From IMG/VR virus record IMGVR_UViG_3300028393_004061, positions 14,189-78,188 of that record: a stretch of DNA of 64,000 bases; one strand, written 5' to 3'. The DNA comes from a virus. Its lineage: Duplodnaviria > Caudoviricetes. Under the pieces are notes generated by a model. That model had not been told where the DNA came from and did no database searches. It worked only from the letters and a program-made list of their open reading frames with translations. Positions 40,922 to 49,203 of this stretch are shown piece after piece (position 1 is the first letter of the stretch; every line of letters starts with the position of its first letter). The translations under genes and the position numbers were made by a program.

Positions 40922-41738
40922 AACCTTTAACTGCAAAATGACAATCACGAAAGCAAGGCAAGTCAGATGAACAATCTTTTTGTAAATTTATAATTCTTTC
41001 AAAATCAAGAGATGACCATTTGCTTTCGTATAAATTTCCTATCTTCATTTCACATCCATAATCATTAGTACAAGCCAAAGCGGTGCCATCTGGAAGCACT
41101 ACTGGCCTTTTTTTCTCATGAAGCTTATCGCAAGTAACAGGATGTAATGATTTTTTTATATTCAATTGTATTAATCCGACACTTTGCAAATTACCAGACC
41201 TAGAAATAATTTCTTGAAACTTATGATTAAGTTTATGTTTGTTTAATTTTTCATTTATGCTTTCAAAATCTTTTTCATTAAATCCAACTTCTAAAAAACA
41301 TGAATTAGGTAAATACTTTTTTATTAAACCCAACTTTTGCCAAATACTCTCATCGAAATTTGGCATCATTGTTTTTTCTCCAACATGGAAATTGACATGA
41401 ACTTTCTTGCAATTGGCCAAAAAGATTAAATCGTCTTCTGTAATTTGATAACCAGTTGTAAAAATCACATATCTATAAACCAATTCTGTGGCTTCGCACA
41501 AGGAAACTAAATTTCTCCAATCCTTCAAAGCTAACGGCTCACTAAAACCAGCAAAATAAACTTCAATTAAGTGTTTGTCTTCTGTGGCGTTATCGATAAT
41601 TCTTTTTAAGTAATCAACCGATAAAGTTTTATTTTTTCCGTAATCTGATTTTAAAAACTTTGATTGAGGACAATAACTGCAATTTATTGGACATCCAATT
41701 CTTAAATTTAATTCAATAGATCTATAATTATGGTTCAT
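40905..41738 (-). CDS. Radical SAM enzyme with SPASM/twitch domain
   Basis: CPINCSYC, AGFSEP and VLPDGTALAC..DY...IGNL...C..C; start revised to ATG 41738. Confidence 0.85.
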   Translation of the reverse strand: MNHNYRSIELNLRIGCPINCSYCPQSKFLKSDYGKNKTLSVDYLKRIIDNATEDKHLIEVYFAGFSEPLALKDWRNLVSLCEATELVYRYVIFTTGYQITEDDLIFLANCKKVHVNFHVGEKTMMPNFDESIWQKLGLIKKYLPNSCFLEVGFNEKDFESINEKLNKHKLNHKFQEIISRSGNLQSVGLIQLNIKKSLHPVTCDKLHEKKRPVVLPDGTALACTNDYGCEMKIGNLYESKWSSLDFERIINLQKDCSSDLPCFRDCHFAVKGFKKLL

Positions 41739-42372
41739 AAAAAAATTGTTTATTCTCCAACTCTTTTGGGCCATTCGCACCATATTTTGTCACATCGACA
41801 CTTTTATAATAATCGACAATTCTCTGAAATCCTGTTCCATATACATCCATTTTTCTAGTTATATTAAATGATGTTGCGTTGGGATAAAACGAAGGAACGC
41901 AATCAAAAAAATATCCTTCTATTCTAATTCCTTGTAATTTACTTATAAATTTAATATCACGAAGCTTTTCTTTTATACATATCAAATGATTGGTTTGATA
42001 TGCACCCATGTTTGTCCATCTCTTCTCATGAGCCAAAATAACTTTATGTCCTGATACTATTTTTTGAGACAGCTTTTTGAAGTTACTTCCACATGACATT
42101 GTATCATGTAACAGAAAAACATATTCAGATCCTCGATATTCAATTTCAGATAAATGAATTAAGGCAGAATATTCATATGCGTTATAAGGAACGCAATAAG
42201 TCTCAATGTTTTGATATTGAATAACTTCATTACATTTGCAAATTACAATTATTATTTCATTATCTAAAACTCCACAATTGCTTAAACTTTTTATGATCAC
42301 AGGCAAAGTTTTTAAATAATATATTGAATTTGAAGCAACAAGATATTTTATCTTTTTTTGATTCTTTAACAT
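41728..42372 (-). CDS. Putative glycosyltransferase-like protein
   Basis: AYEYSAL and FLLHDT; lies within the glycan island. Confidence 0.5.
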   Translation of the reverse strand: MLKNQKKIKYLVASNSIYYLKTLPVIIKSLSNCGVLDNEIIIVICKCNEVIQYQNIETYCVPYNAYEYSALIHLSEIEYRGSEYVFLLHDTMSCGSNFKKLSQKIVSGHKVILAHEKRWTNMGAYQTNHLICIKEKLRDIKFISKLQGIRIEGYFFDCVPSFYPNATSFNITRKMDVYGTGFQRIVDYYKSVDVTKYGANGPKELENKQFFYEP

Positions 42373-42845
42373 AATTTATACCAAATTGGAATATTTCTTT
42401 TTTTCCAAGTGGCTATGTGAGATTTTCCTTTTATGTAATAGTTTTTATAACCTTCAATTGGATCTTTAAGCTTTAATTCTTCTGGCATCGCTTGGACAAA
42501 TTCAGTCATTTCTATATTGAGTATGCTACAAGCGTTTTTTAGACATTCCTCTATAATAGATCTGCACTTATGATCTTTTTCATATCTATATGAATATTCC
42601 TTGCAAAGCTCCATGCCCAATTCACAAAGCCAAATGAAATTACCCATACTTTTACCAGCCCAAATTGTACATGGATGATTGATATGAGTAGATTTATATG
42701 GAGTCTTTATATCCTTTTGATTTAATACAGTACAAAGAATTTGTGCAGTCTCTAATGACATCTTAACAACATGTTTGTCCATATGCCATTGAGCAGCTTG
42801 CTTTGGATTTTTATCTAATGCAAATATATTCACGATTAAATTCAT
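42366..42845 (-). CDS. Pyrimidine-dimer DNA glycosylase/endonuclease V family protein
   Basis: NIFALD...DKHVVKMSLETAQ...THINHPCTIW...YKNYY..K. Confidence 0.8.
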   Translation of the reverse strand: MNLIVNIFALDKNPKQAAQWHMDKHVVKMSLETAQILCTVLNQKDIKTPYKSTHINHPCTIWAGKSMGNFIWLCELGMELCKEYSYRYEKDHKCRSIIEECLKNACSILNIEMTEFVQAMPEELKLKDPIEGYKNYYIKGKSHIATWKKRNIPIWYKLC

Positions 42846-42860
42846 CCTTGTCTTTGAAAT

Positions 42861-43274
42861 CTAAATAAGTTTGCGGAAACTAATGCCAATACTTAAAAGC
42901 TTTTCTTTTATTTCCATGATGGTCGCATTACCGCAATTTCTTAATGCTCTGATTTCATTTTCAGTTTTTTTAGTTATTTCGCCAACAGTAGCCAATCCAG
43001 ACCTTCTCAAAGCTTTCCTAGCCCTAGTTGAAAAACAAAGCGTCTCAATCGACATATTCATGACTTCATTTATTGCATCAGCAGGAACAGTTTGCATCTT
43101 GCTCAAAAGCCAGTTGTTGATATCTTTGACATGATACATTTCCATATCTGTTAATTTACGATATTTCTCCAAAACATATATAGGTTTAGGAAAACCATCA
43201 CTAGACACCAATTCATCGATATCATTATCATGAACAGATAGCATAATCACAAGATCTTGTTTGCGTATGAACAT
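42861..43274 (-). CDS. AlpA-type HTH fused to an RNA polymerase alpha-CTD-like domain
   Basis: N-terminus DGFPKPI...DINNWL; C-terminus IETLCFSTRARKALRRSGLATVGEITKKTENEIRALRNCG...EIKEKL. Confidence 0.8.
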   Translation of the reverse strand: MFIRKQDLVIMLSVHDNDIDELVSSDGFPKPIYVLEKYRKLTDMEMYHVKDINNWLLSKMQTVPADAINEVMNMSIETLCFSTRARKALRRSGLATVGEITKKTENEIRALRNCGNATIMEIKEKLLSIGISFRKLI

Positions 43275-43285
43275 TTCAAATTTCC

Positions 43286-43831
43286 TTATTTGTTAGATTT
43301 AGATTGACTGATCTGTGGCTTGATAATTATCTTCTTTTTTTCAAGCATAGCCTTATCAAACCATACCTTCCACAACAACCCAATAGAGTTCTTCGTTTCT
43401 TCCTCGTGAATAACCAAAGGGCCAAAATCAACGAAGTTTTTACCACCTAAATACAAGTTACTAATCTGAACAAGACTATATCTAGCACATTGACTAACTA
43501 ATGCATCTTCATCGCTGACAAGTTCAACTAATTCAGTCACATACTTTTCTTGATACTTATGTGCAGCCAAAGCAGCGGCAGCCTTAACCCTTTTGTCGGA
43601 ACGCCCAAGAGATGCAGTAAGCATGACTTCATCGCAACGACATAATTGATTGGCTAAAAACAAAACATATTGCCAATCAGCTATTATCTTTTGCTGCTCA
43701 TTCGAAGGAAGCCTACTCATTCCACCAACTGGAGGAGATTTAGGCGGGGGTAATGGAGGTCAGCCAGCGTAAATTTTGGCATTTAAACCAAGATATAGGC
43801 CTACCAATAAAATAAACATAATTTTTTTCAT
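43286..43831 (-). pseudogene. Signal-peptide + Pro-rich + HEAT-repeat protein interrupted by an in-frame TGA (or readthrough)
   Basis: ATG 43831 (AAGGA SD) gives MKKIMFILLVGLYLGLNAKIYAG*PPLPPPKSPPVGG, in frame with the 144-aa HEAT ORF (43720). Confidence 0.65.
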
Positions 43832-43901
43832 GGAAATCAATCCTTTCTTATATTTAATTTACTGCACTTATCACTAATTTAAAGTAATAAAAGGAGAATT
43901 A

Positions 43902-44762
43902 ATGAAATACTTTGTTAGTGCTACGCTTTCGCCACAAGTGCAATGGCAATTAGAACTTATGATAGAGAGCTTCAAATCACTTGGAATTGAAGATAAATTA
44001 TTTATTTATTTGGCAGTAGATGGAACACCAAATTACCTCGATAATTATTCGAAAAATATCAAATCTCATAAGAATCTTATAAAACATATTAATTATGGAA
44101 GAAAAAAAGGATTCGAACCATTAAATACGGTTTTTAGTATCGTTAATGCAATAAACGATGGAATCATTCAAGATGAATTCGTGTTACTTCCTACCGATTG
44201 CATCATTTATAAAGAACTTGAAGAAATTGAAGAAGTTGATAATATATCTTTTTGTAAGTTCCAAACAGATCCATTGTTTACACCAGAACTAATCAATAAA
44301 GAAATAGATCTTAAAAACTTTGACTTAAATGTTTCTGAGATATCATCAGATTCTTGGCCATATGCTAGTAGCGTTTTTCACTTCAGAAATTTTTCAATAG
44401 ATTTCTTCAATGAACTTGGAATAATAAGTGAAGAATATGTGTTTAATCAAATTAAAAACAAACTAGAACCTTGGAACAAAACAGTTCAAATCGCATTAAA
44501 TGTAGAACTTAAAAAGTATCTTGGAAAATATTCATCATTACAAACAAGTGAAATGACATGTAATCTATCATCCAACAAAGTAAATAACTTTATTCATTAC
44601 GAAAGTGGATACTATCCAATATTTAACAAAAATATGTTTCTATTCAACCCGATTTCTTTCGGCAACCCAATTGAAATACTAGCATACAACGCACCAACAC
44701 TTGCGTTCGCTTATACCAGTGGAATTGCACAAAAATATCTAAAGAAAAACAAAAATGTATAA
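43902..44762 (+). CDS. Putative GT-A glycosyltransferase (WQ..L...SF N-terminus)
   Basis: QWQLELMIESF, LLPTDCII and FIHY. Confidence 0.5.
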   Translation: MKYFVSATLSPQVQWQLELMIESFKSLGIEDKLFIYLAVDGTPNYLDNYSKNIKSHKNLIKHINYGRKKGFEPLNTVFSIVNAINDGIIQDEFVLLPTDCIIYKELEEIEEVDNISFCKFQTDPLFTPELINKEIDLKNFDLNVSEISSDSWPYASSVFHFRNFSIDFFNELGIISEEYVFNQIKNKLEPWNKTVQIALNVELKKYLGKYSSLQTSEMTCNLSSNKVNNFIHYESGYYPIFNKNMFLFNPISFGNPIEILAYNAPTLAFAYTSGIAQKYLKKNKNV

Positions 44763-45363
44763 AAAAGTAAATATAGATCCAAAAATTAAAATAAAAGTGG
44801 AAGACATTATAGAACAACCAGTAATTGTTCGTGTTAGAAGATTTACAGAATCAGCATGTGCCGATTTTACAAATCAATTAAACAAAGCAATAAATACAGG
44901 CCAACCATTTATACCAATAGTTATAGATTCCTATGGAGGTCAAGTCTATAGCCTCATGGAAATGATTAACAAAATACAAACATGCTGCATCCCTTGTTAC
45001 ACTGTCGTTGAAAGCAAAGCTATGTCTTGTGGAGCTATTCTTTTTGGAATGGGCCAAAAAAGATTCATGGCACCAAATGCAACTATTATGCTTCATGAAG
45101 TATCCTCCGCATCTACAGGCAAAACAGAAGAAATTAAAGCAGATGCAAAAGAAACAGATAGACTTAACAAATTAATCTTTAAAATCATGGCAGAAAATTG
45201 CAAAAAAAAATCTGACTTTTTTCTAAGTCTTGTTCACGATAGAAGTCATGCAGATTGCTACTTCAGTGCAAAAGAAGCCAAAAGAATTAATCTCTGTACC
45301 GAAATAGGAATACCACAACTCACCATAAATGTCGATCTTTCATACAAATTAGAAAAGATTTAA
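44755..45363 (+). CDS. clpP: ClpP-family protease proteolytic subunit
   Basis: IDSYGGQV, AMSCGA (nucleophilic Ser), IMLHEV and YFSAKEA. Confidence 0.9.
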   Translation: MYKKVNIDPKIKIKVEDIIEQPVIVRVRRFTESACADFTNQLNKAINTGQPFIPIVIDSYGGQVYSLMEMINKIQTCCIPCYTVVESKAMSCGAILFGMGQKRFMAPNATIMLHEVSSASTGKTEEIKADAKETDRLNKLIFKIMAENCKKKSDFFLSLVHDRSHADCYFSAKEAKRINLCTEIGIPQLTINVDLSYKLEKI

Positions 45364-45370
45364 TTTAAGG

Positions 45371-45399
45371 TTGAAATAGTTTTTCTTTGTGGTATCTTT
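45371..45399 (+). promoter_or_regulatory. Sigma70-type promoter with extended -10
   Basis: TTGAAA-17 nt-TATCTT with TG at the extended -10 position. Confidence 0.6.
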
Positions 45400-45434
45400 C
45401 TCAGAGGTCAACAACAATCACTTGGAGTCTTATC

Positions 45435-45833
45435 ATGGAATCGAAAAAACCTTTATTGGTTGTAGGTGCAGCTTTCATAGCAGCTTTTGGATTTAGTGTG
45501 TATAAACAACTTGAGTTAAACCAATTGCGATATGAAAATACTACTATTCGCTTTGAAAATAGTATGGCTTTAAATCAAATCAGAACAATGGAATCTATGC
45601 CAAATTATGACGATGGATATAGAGACGCAATTGTTAAAATTGGCGGACCACAAAGTGCTGGAAGCTATCAAGATGGATGGGATGCAGCTTTTAAAGTCGT
45701 AGGATCTAGCACCTATTCAGAAGGATATCACACGGCAATCAAACAATTTGGCTATACAAAAGATGGAAATACCAAATGGATCATACAAGAATCTATACCA
45801 GTAAATAACCCAATTAACACACCAAAGAAGTAA
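45435..45833 (+). CDS. Membrane-anchored hypothetical protein with Y-x-[DE]-G-[YW]-x-x-A repeats
   Basis: N-terminal TM; YDDGYRDA, YQDGWDAA and YSEGYHTA; GGAG SD supports start 45435. Confidence 0.7.
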   Translation: MESKKPLLVVGAAFIAAFGFSVYKQLELNQLRYENTTIRFENSMALNQIRTMESMPNYDDGYRDAIVKIGGPQSAGSYQDGWDAAFKVVGSSTYSEGYHTAIKQFGYTKDGNTKWIIQESIPVNNPINTPKK

Positions 45834-45844
45834 AGGATACTTTA

Positions 45845-46096
45845 ATGTTTAAGGAACAAGAATCGAACGAAATACTTGGCATTGGCAATGAAGTTGTAAA
45901 ATTCATTGAAAAGGATAGCGATGATGTGATCTGCTATATCGGAAAGAAAGATGAGAAAGATGTTATCTTCTTCCATAAGCCAATGACACCAGAAATTATA
46001 ATTGCTATCTCAAATATTCTAAGCAAAAAGAAAATGAGAAAAGCCCTTGTGAAAGGCAATTATAAAAAGGCACAAAAAATAGCACAAGAACTTTAA
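45845..46096 (+). CDS. Hypothetical protein
   Basis: AAGGA SD; operon position. Confidence 0.65.
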   Translation: MFKEQESNEILGIGNEVVKFIEKDSDDVICYIGKKDEKDVIFFHKPMTPEIIIAISNILSKKKMRKALVKGNYKKAQKIAQEL

Positions 46097-46200
46097 AACT
46101 AATCAATAATATTGCGAAATAAAATTTTAGTTTTTATTGTGGATAGTAAATAATATAACAAGGATGTTTTATTTTGGCATGGATGCCAATATATATTTTC

Positions 46201-46902
46201 ATGATAAATTATTATAAAAAATTAATTTATATCCATCCTCCAAAAACTGGTGGATCTTCTATTGTTGATCTTTGGGGAGAAAAATCACCCATACCAGAAG
46301 AACAAGGAAAATACGAATCACTTCCAGTACATCATTCAATAAGATTTTATAAAAACTTTAATTTTAATCTAAATAATTACTTCATTTTTGCAACAACAAG
46401 AAACCCTTGGGATAGAATTGTATCAGCATATTTTTGGCTGGTAAAAAATGAGGAAGGAAGATTACCTAAAAATATAGAAGGTAAAGATTGTAACTTTGAA
46501 GAATATGTCGAATGGCTTATGGTAAATAATACCAGTATAAATCATAATAAAAACAATCGACATTGGTCTCACCCCAATCCAGTATGGGATTGGATTACTA
46601 TAGACGATCAAGTGTCTGTAGATTATTTTTGCAATATCCATACATTCAAAGAAGACTTTCAATTCGTTATTGATATTTTAGGCACAAAGAAAATTTTGCT
46701 CCATTCTAATAAATCATCACACGATGATTACAGAAAATATTACACAGATAAATTGGCCGAGAAAGTCGCATTTATCTTTAATAAAGATATCGAATACTTT
46801 AAGTATAAATTTGATGATAAAAATTATTCTGACTTTAATCGAATCGTAAATCTAGAAAAAATAGAAGAATATAAAAGGCTTAAAAAATTTATAAAAATTT
46901 AA
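46201..46902 (+). CDS. Sulfotransferase family 2 protein
   Basis: YIHPPKTGGSS and RNPWDRIVSAY; start revised to 46201. Confidence 0.88.
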   Translation: MINYYKKLIYIHPPKTGGSSIVDLWGEKSPIPEEQGKYESLPVHHSIRFYKNFNFNLNNYFIFATTRNPWDRIVSAYFWLVKNEEGRLPKNIEGKDCNFEEYVEWLMVNNTSINHNKNNRHWSHPNPVWDWITIDDQVSVDYFCNIHTFKEDFQFVIDILGTKKILLHSNKSSHDDYRKYYTDKLAEKVAFIFNKDIEYFKYKFDDKNYSDFNRIVNLEKIEEYKRLKKFIKI

Positions 46903-47708
46903 ATTCCAAATATTTTTTTTACCCAATCATTACCATATTTCTTTTTGACGAATGTACGCAATGGTTCCGCATCAGAAGCAGTCTTGAATTTTTCCAAATA
47001 TTCTGTCGCCTCTTGTTCGTTATTGTAAATCAACATTCCTCTTTCTATATTCCAACGAACAAAAACAGATAAATTTTCAGAATTATAACTCGACTCATTA
47101 GAATCTAAAACCATAAGCAATGTTAGAACATATATATCAAACTCTAACATGTACCTTACAGTTTCTGCCCTACTCTTAATCTGTAAATCCTTTCGCACTT
47201 TACTTCCATTTGTGTAACTTACCCATTCATCCAAAAGATATAAAGATCTATCGCCCCAACTAGATGCCTGTTCCACCAAATAAAGATTATAAACACTTCC
47301 TCGCAAACTTCTTGGAACTTTAGAAGCAACAGTTTCAATTCTAGTCTTTGGCTCATTCAAAATAATCGCACGATCCTCCAAACAATAAAATGCATTAATT
47401 GGAGTTCCATCATAATACTTGTTGCGAATAAAAGAATTTATACCATGCGTAGTCTCATGACCAGCAGTAATTAAATCCGAATCATTATAGTAACCACCAT
47501 CATCTATGTGACACCTAATGTCAGACAAAACACTATAAGATTTTGATTTTTTTATGGCAGGATAAATAATCCATTTTGGTTGCTCATACTTTTCTTCTTT
47601 TTTAATTTCATTTTCTACTACTTTTCCTTCTGGCCTCTCTTTCATACATATGCCAATCGCAGAACCAGCTAAAAAACCTATAATTAACAAAAATATTAGC
47701 TTTTGCAT
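46899..47708 (-). CDS. Membrane-anchored HExxH putative metallopeptidase
   Basis: N-terminal TM/signal; HETTHG plus downstream LDEW. Confidence 0.55.
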   Translation of the reverse strand: MQKLIFLLIIGFLAGSAIGICMKERPEGKVVENEIKKEEKYEQPKWIIYPAIKKSKSYSVLSDIRCHIDDGGYYNDSDLITAGHETTHGINSFIRNKYYDGTPINAFYCLEDRAIILNEPKTRIETVASKVPRSLRGSVYNLYLVEQASSWGDRSLYLLDEWVSYTNGSKVRKDLQIKSRAETVRYMLEFDIYVLTLLMVLDSNESSYNSENLSVFVRWNIERGMLIYNNEQEATEYLEKFKTASDAEPLRTFVKKKYGNDWVKKIFGI

Positions 47709-47718
47709 TTATACCCCT

Positions 47719-48399
47719 TTATTTCCCACTATTTGGAACTATCATCGTATAAGAGTAAATGCCAGCAGATAATATCGCACTTCTATAACCATCCATGTAA
47801 CCATTTCCAAGACATATATCACAAGGCAAATATAAAAAACTACCACTACCTTTGCACAACCAACATAAATTACCAACAGGATTACCTTCCATGTCTGATT
47901 TAAATGACCAAGATCTTAAAAAAACATCTTGTAACATCCATTCTTTTTTACCACTGTCTGGATCTGCTACACATATATCATCCTGTGTGTATCCTATTAC
48001 AACAACATAATGCCATAAATCATTAGCACTTCGTAACAAAACAATCGTAGGCTTATTGTTACTCACATGACATTTAAGCTCATCTATATTGCCTCTTAAT
48101 ATCCTGTTTTTCACATCGTAATGACGCAATCCCTTACTGACACCAGCAGGAAGAGAAAAACCAAATCTTTTACCAGCTAATGTCGCTTTAGATAAAACAT
48201 AAGCCTCTAAATCAGAACAATTTACATTTTTTCCGTAATAACCAACAACCATTGAGGCACATGTTGGGCCACAAGTAATATCGTCAGGTTGCTTTTCAAA
48301 TTTTAAAAAATCTTTCAATTGATGTGAATTAGGATACTCTTTTAAGCCACATCCAGATAGTAATAAACATAACACAAGATATAAGACTCGAATTAACAT
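47719..48399 (-). CDS. C39-like cysteine peptidase lipoprotein with DnaJ-type zinc-finger insert
   Basis: LLSG-C lipobox; QPDDITCG, HYVVVIGY, ADP; CWLCKGSG...CDICLGNG. Confidence 0.82.
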   Translation of the reverse strand: MLIRVLYLVLCLLLSGCGLKEYPNSHQLKDFLKFEKQPDDITCGPTCASMVVGYYGKNVNCSDLEAYVLSKATLAGKRFGFSLPAGVSKGLRHYDVKNRILRGNIDELKCHVSNNKPTIVLLRSANDLWHYVVVIGYTQDDICVADPDSGKKEWMLQDVFLRSWSFKSDMEGNPVGNLCWLCKGSGSFLYLPCDICLGNGYMDGYRSAILSAGIYSYTMIVPNSGK

Positions 48400-49033
48400 G
48401 ATTCAATACCTCGTTACAAACCAAGAAGATGAGTTTTTCCCAAATAAAAAAATTATTGCGGGAATTACAATGCATGAAGAAAATCCAAACTATATATTCG
48501 CTACATACAAAGATATTCTTACCGCAAAGTTTATCCAACCAACATTAGAAAACATTGAAAATCCAAAATTTTGGGCAGTTGAGACATCAAACCTTGTTAA
48601 AAAAAATGTCCTTAGAGAATATCACTCAACATGCAAAGGAATCGAAGTAAAAGAATCAAACATTCCAACAGACGAACAATACTTTAACTTTGCTTCACTA
48701 CTCTGTATGAATTATGTTAAAAACAAAGTTTTCAAAAATTGGATTTTAAAATATCTGAAAAATGAAGATCGCTCGAAAAGGACTGCTGATGCTATGTCGG
48801 AAAAAGTAAGACTTCAAAGCTATATGGATATTCCACATGAAGAAACATATCTAGCACCTACTCACGCTCTGATAAATTCTGTTGTAACTGGAAATTTTAA
48901 AACGAAATGCTCTCACTCAGCACACAAAATGATATTTGATTCTCCTCCAACATTAAATGTTCAAGCATTTGCACATGCTGCCATTACTATGAACACTGAA
49001 GAAATAACAAAACTCATAGAACAATTTGCATGA
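48398..49033 (+). CDS. Hypothetical protein
   Basis: 211-aa ORF, coupled (ATGA) to the next gene. Confidence 0.7.
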   Translation: MIQYLVTNQEDEFFPNKKIIAGITMHEENPNYIFATYKDILTAKFIQPTLENIENPKFWAVETSNLVKKNVLREYHSTCKGIEVKESNIPTDEQYFNFASLLCMNYVKNKVFKNWILKYLKNEDRSKRTADAMSEKVRLQSYMDIPHEETYLAPTHALINSVVTGNFKTKCSHSAHKMIFDSPPTLNVQAFAHAAITMNTEEITKLIEQFA

Positions 49034-49191
49034 AAAAAAATATAGACTTTTATTTTGATGAAAATGGACTTATGGTTTTGACTGAATCATTTCTAAAAAA
49101 AAGAGGACACTGCTGCAAAAATGGATGCAAGCATTGTCCTTATGGATTTGAAAAAGAAAAAAAAGATATAACCAAATCACCTAAAAAATAA
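49030..49191 (+). CDS. DUF5522-like small Cys-rich protein (absent from the ORF track)
   Basis: MKKNIDFYFDENGLMVLTESFLKKRGHCCKNGCKHCPY. Confidence 0.8.
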   Translation: MKKNIDFYFDENGLMVLTESFLKKRGHCCKNGCKHCPYGFEKEKKDITKSPKK

Positions 49192-49203
49192 TCTTTTTTT
49201 TTA

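Noticed and set aside
43760-43762. Genome-wide stop-codon reassignment or selenocysteine at the in-frame TGA
   Set aside because: TGA, TAA and TAG all end intact genes here, often in ATGA overlaps, and long ORFs are not fragmented. No convincing SECIS hairpin follows the TGA.
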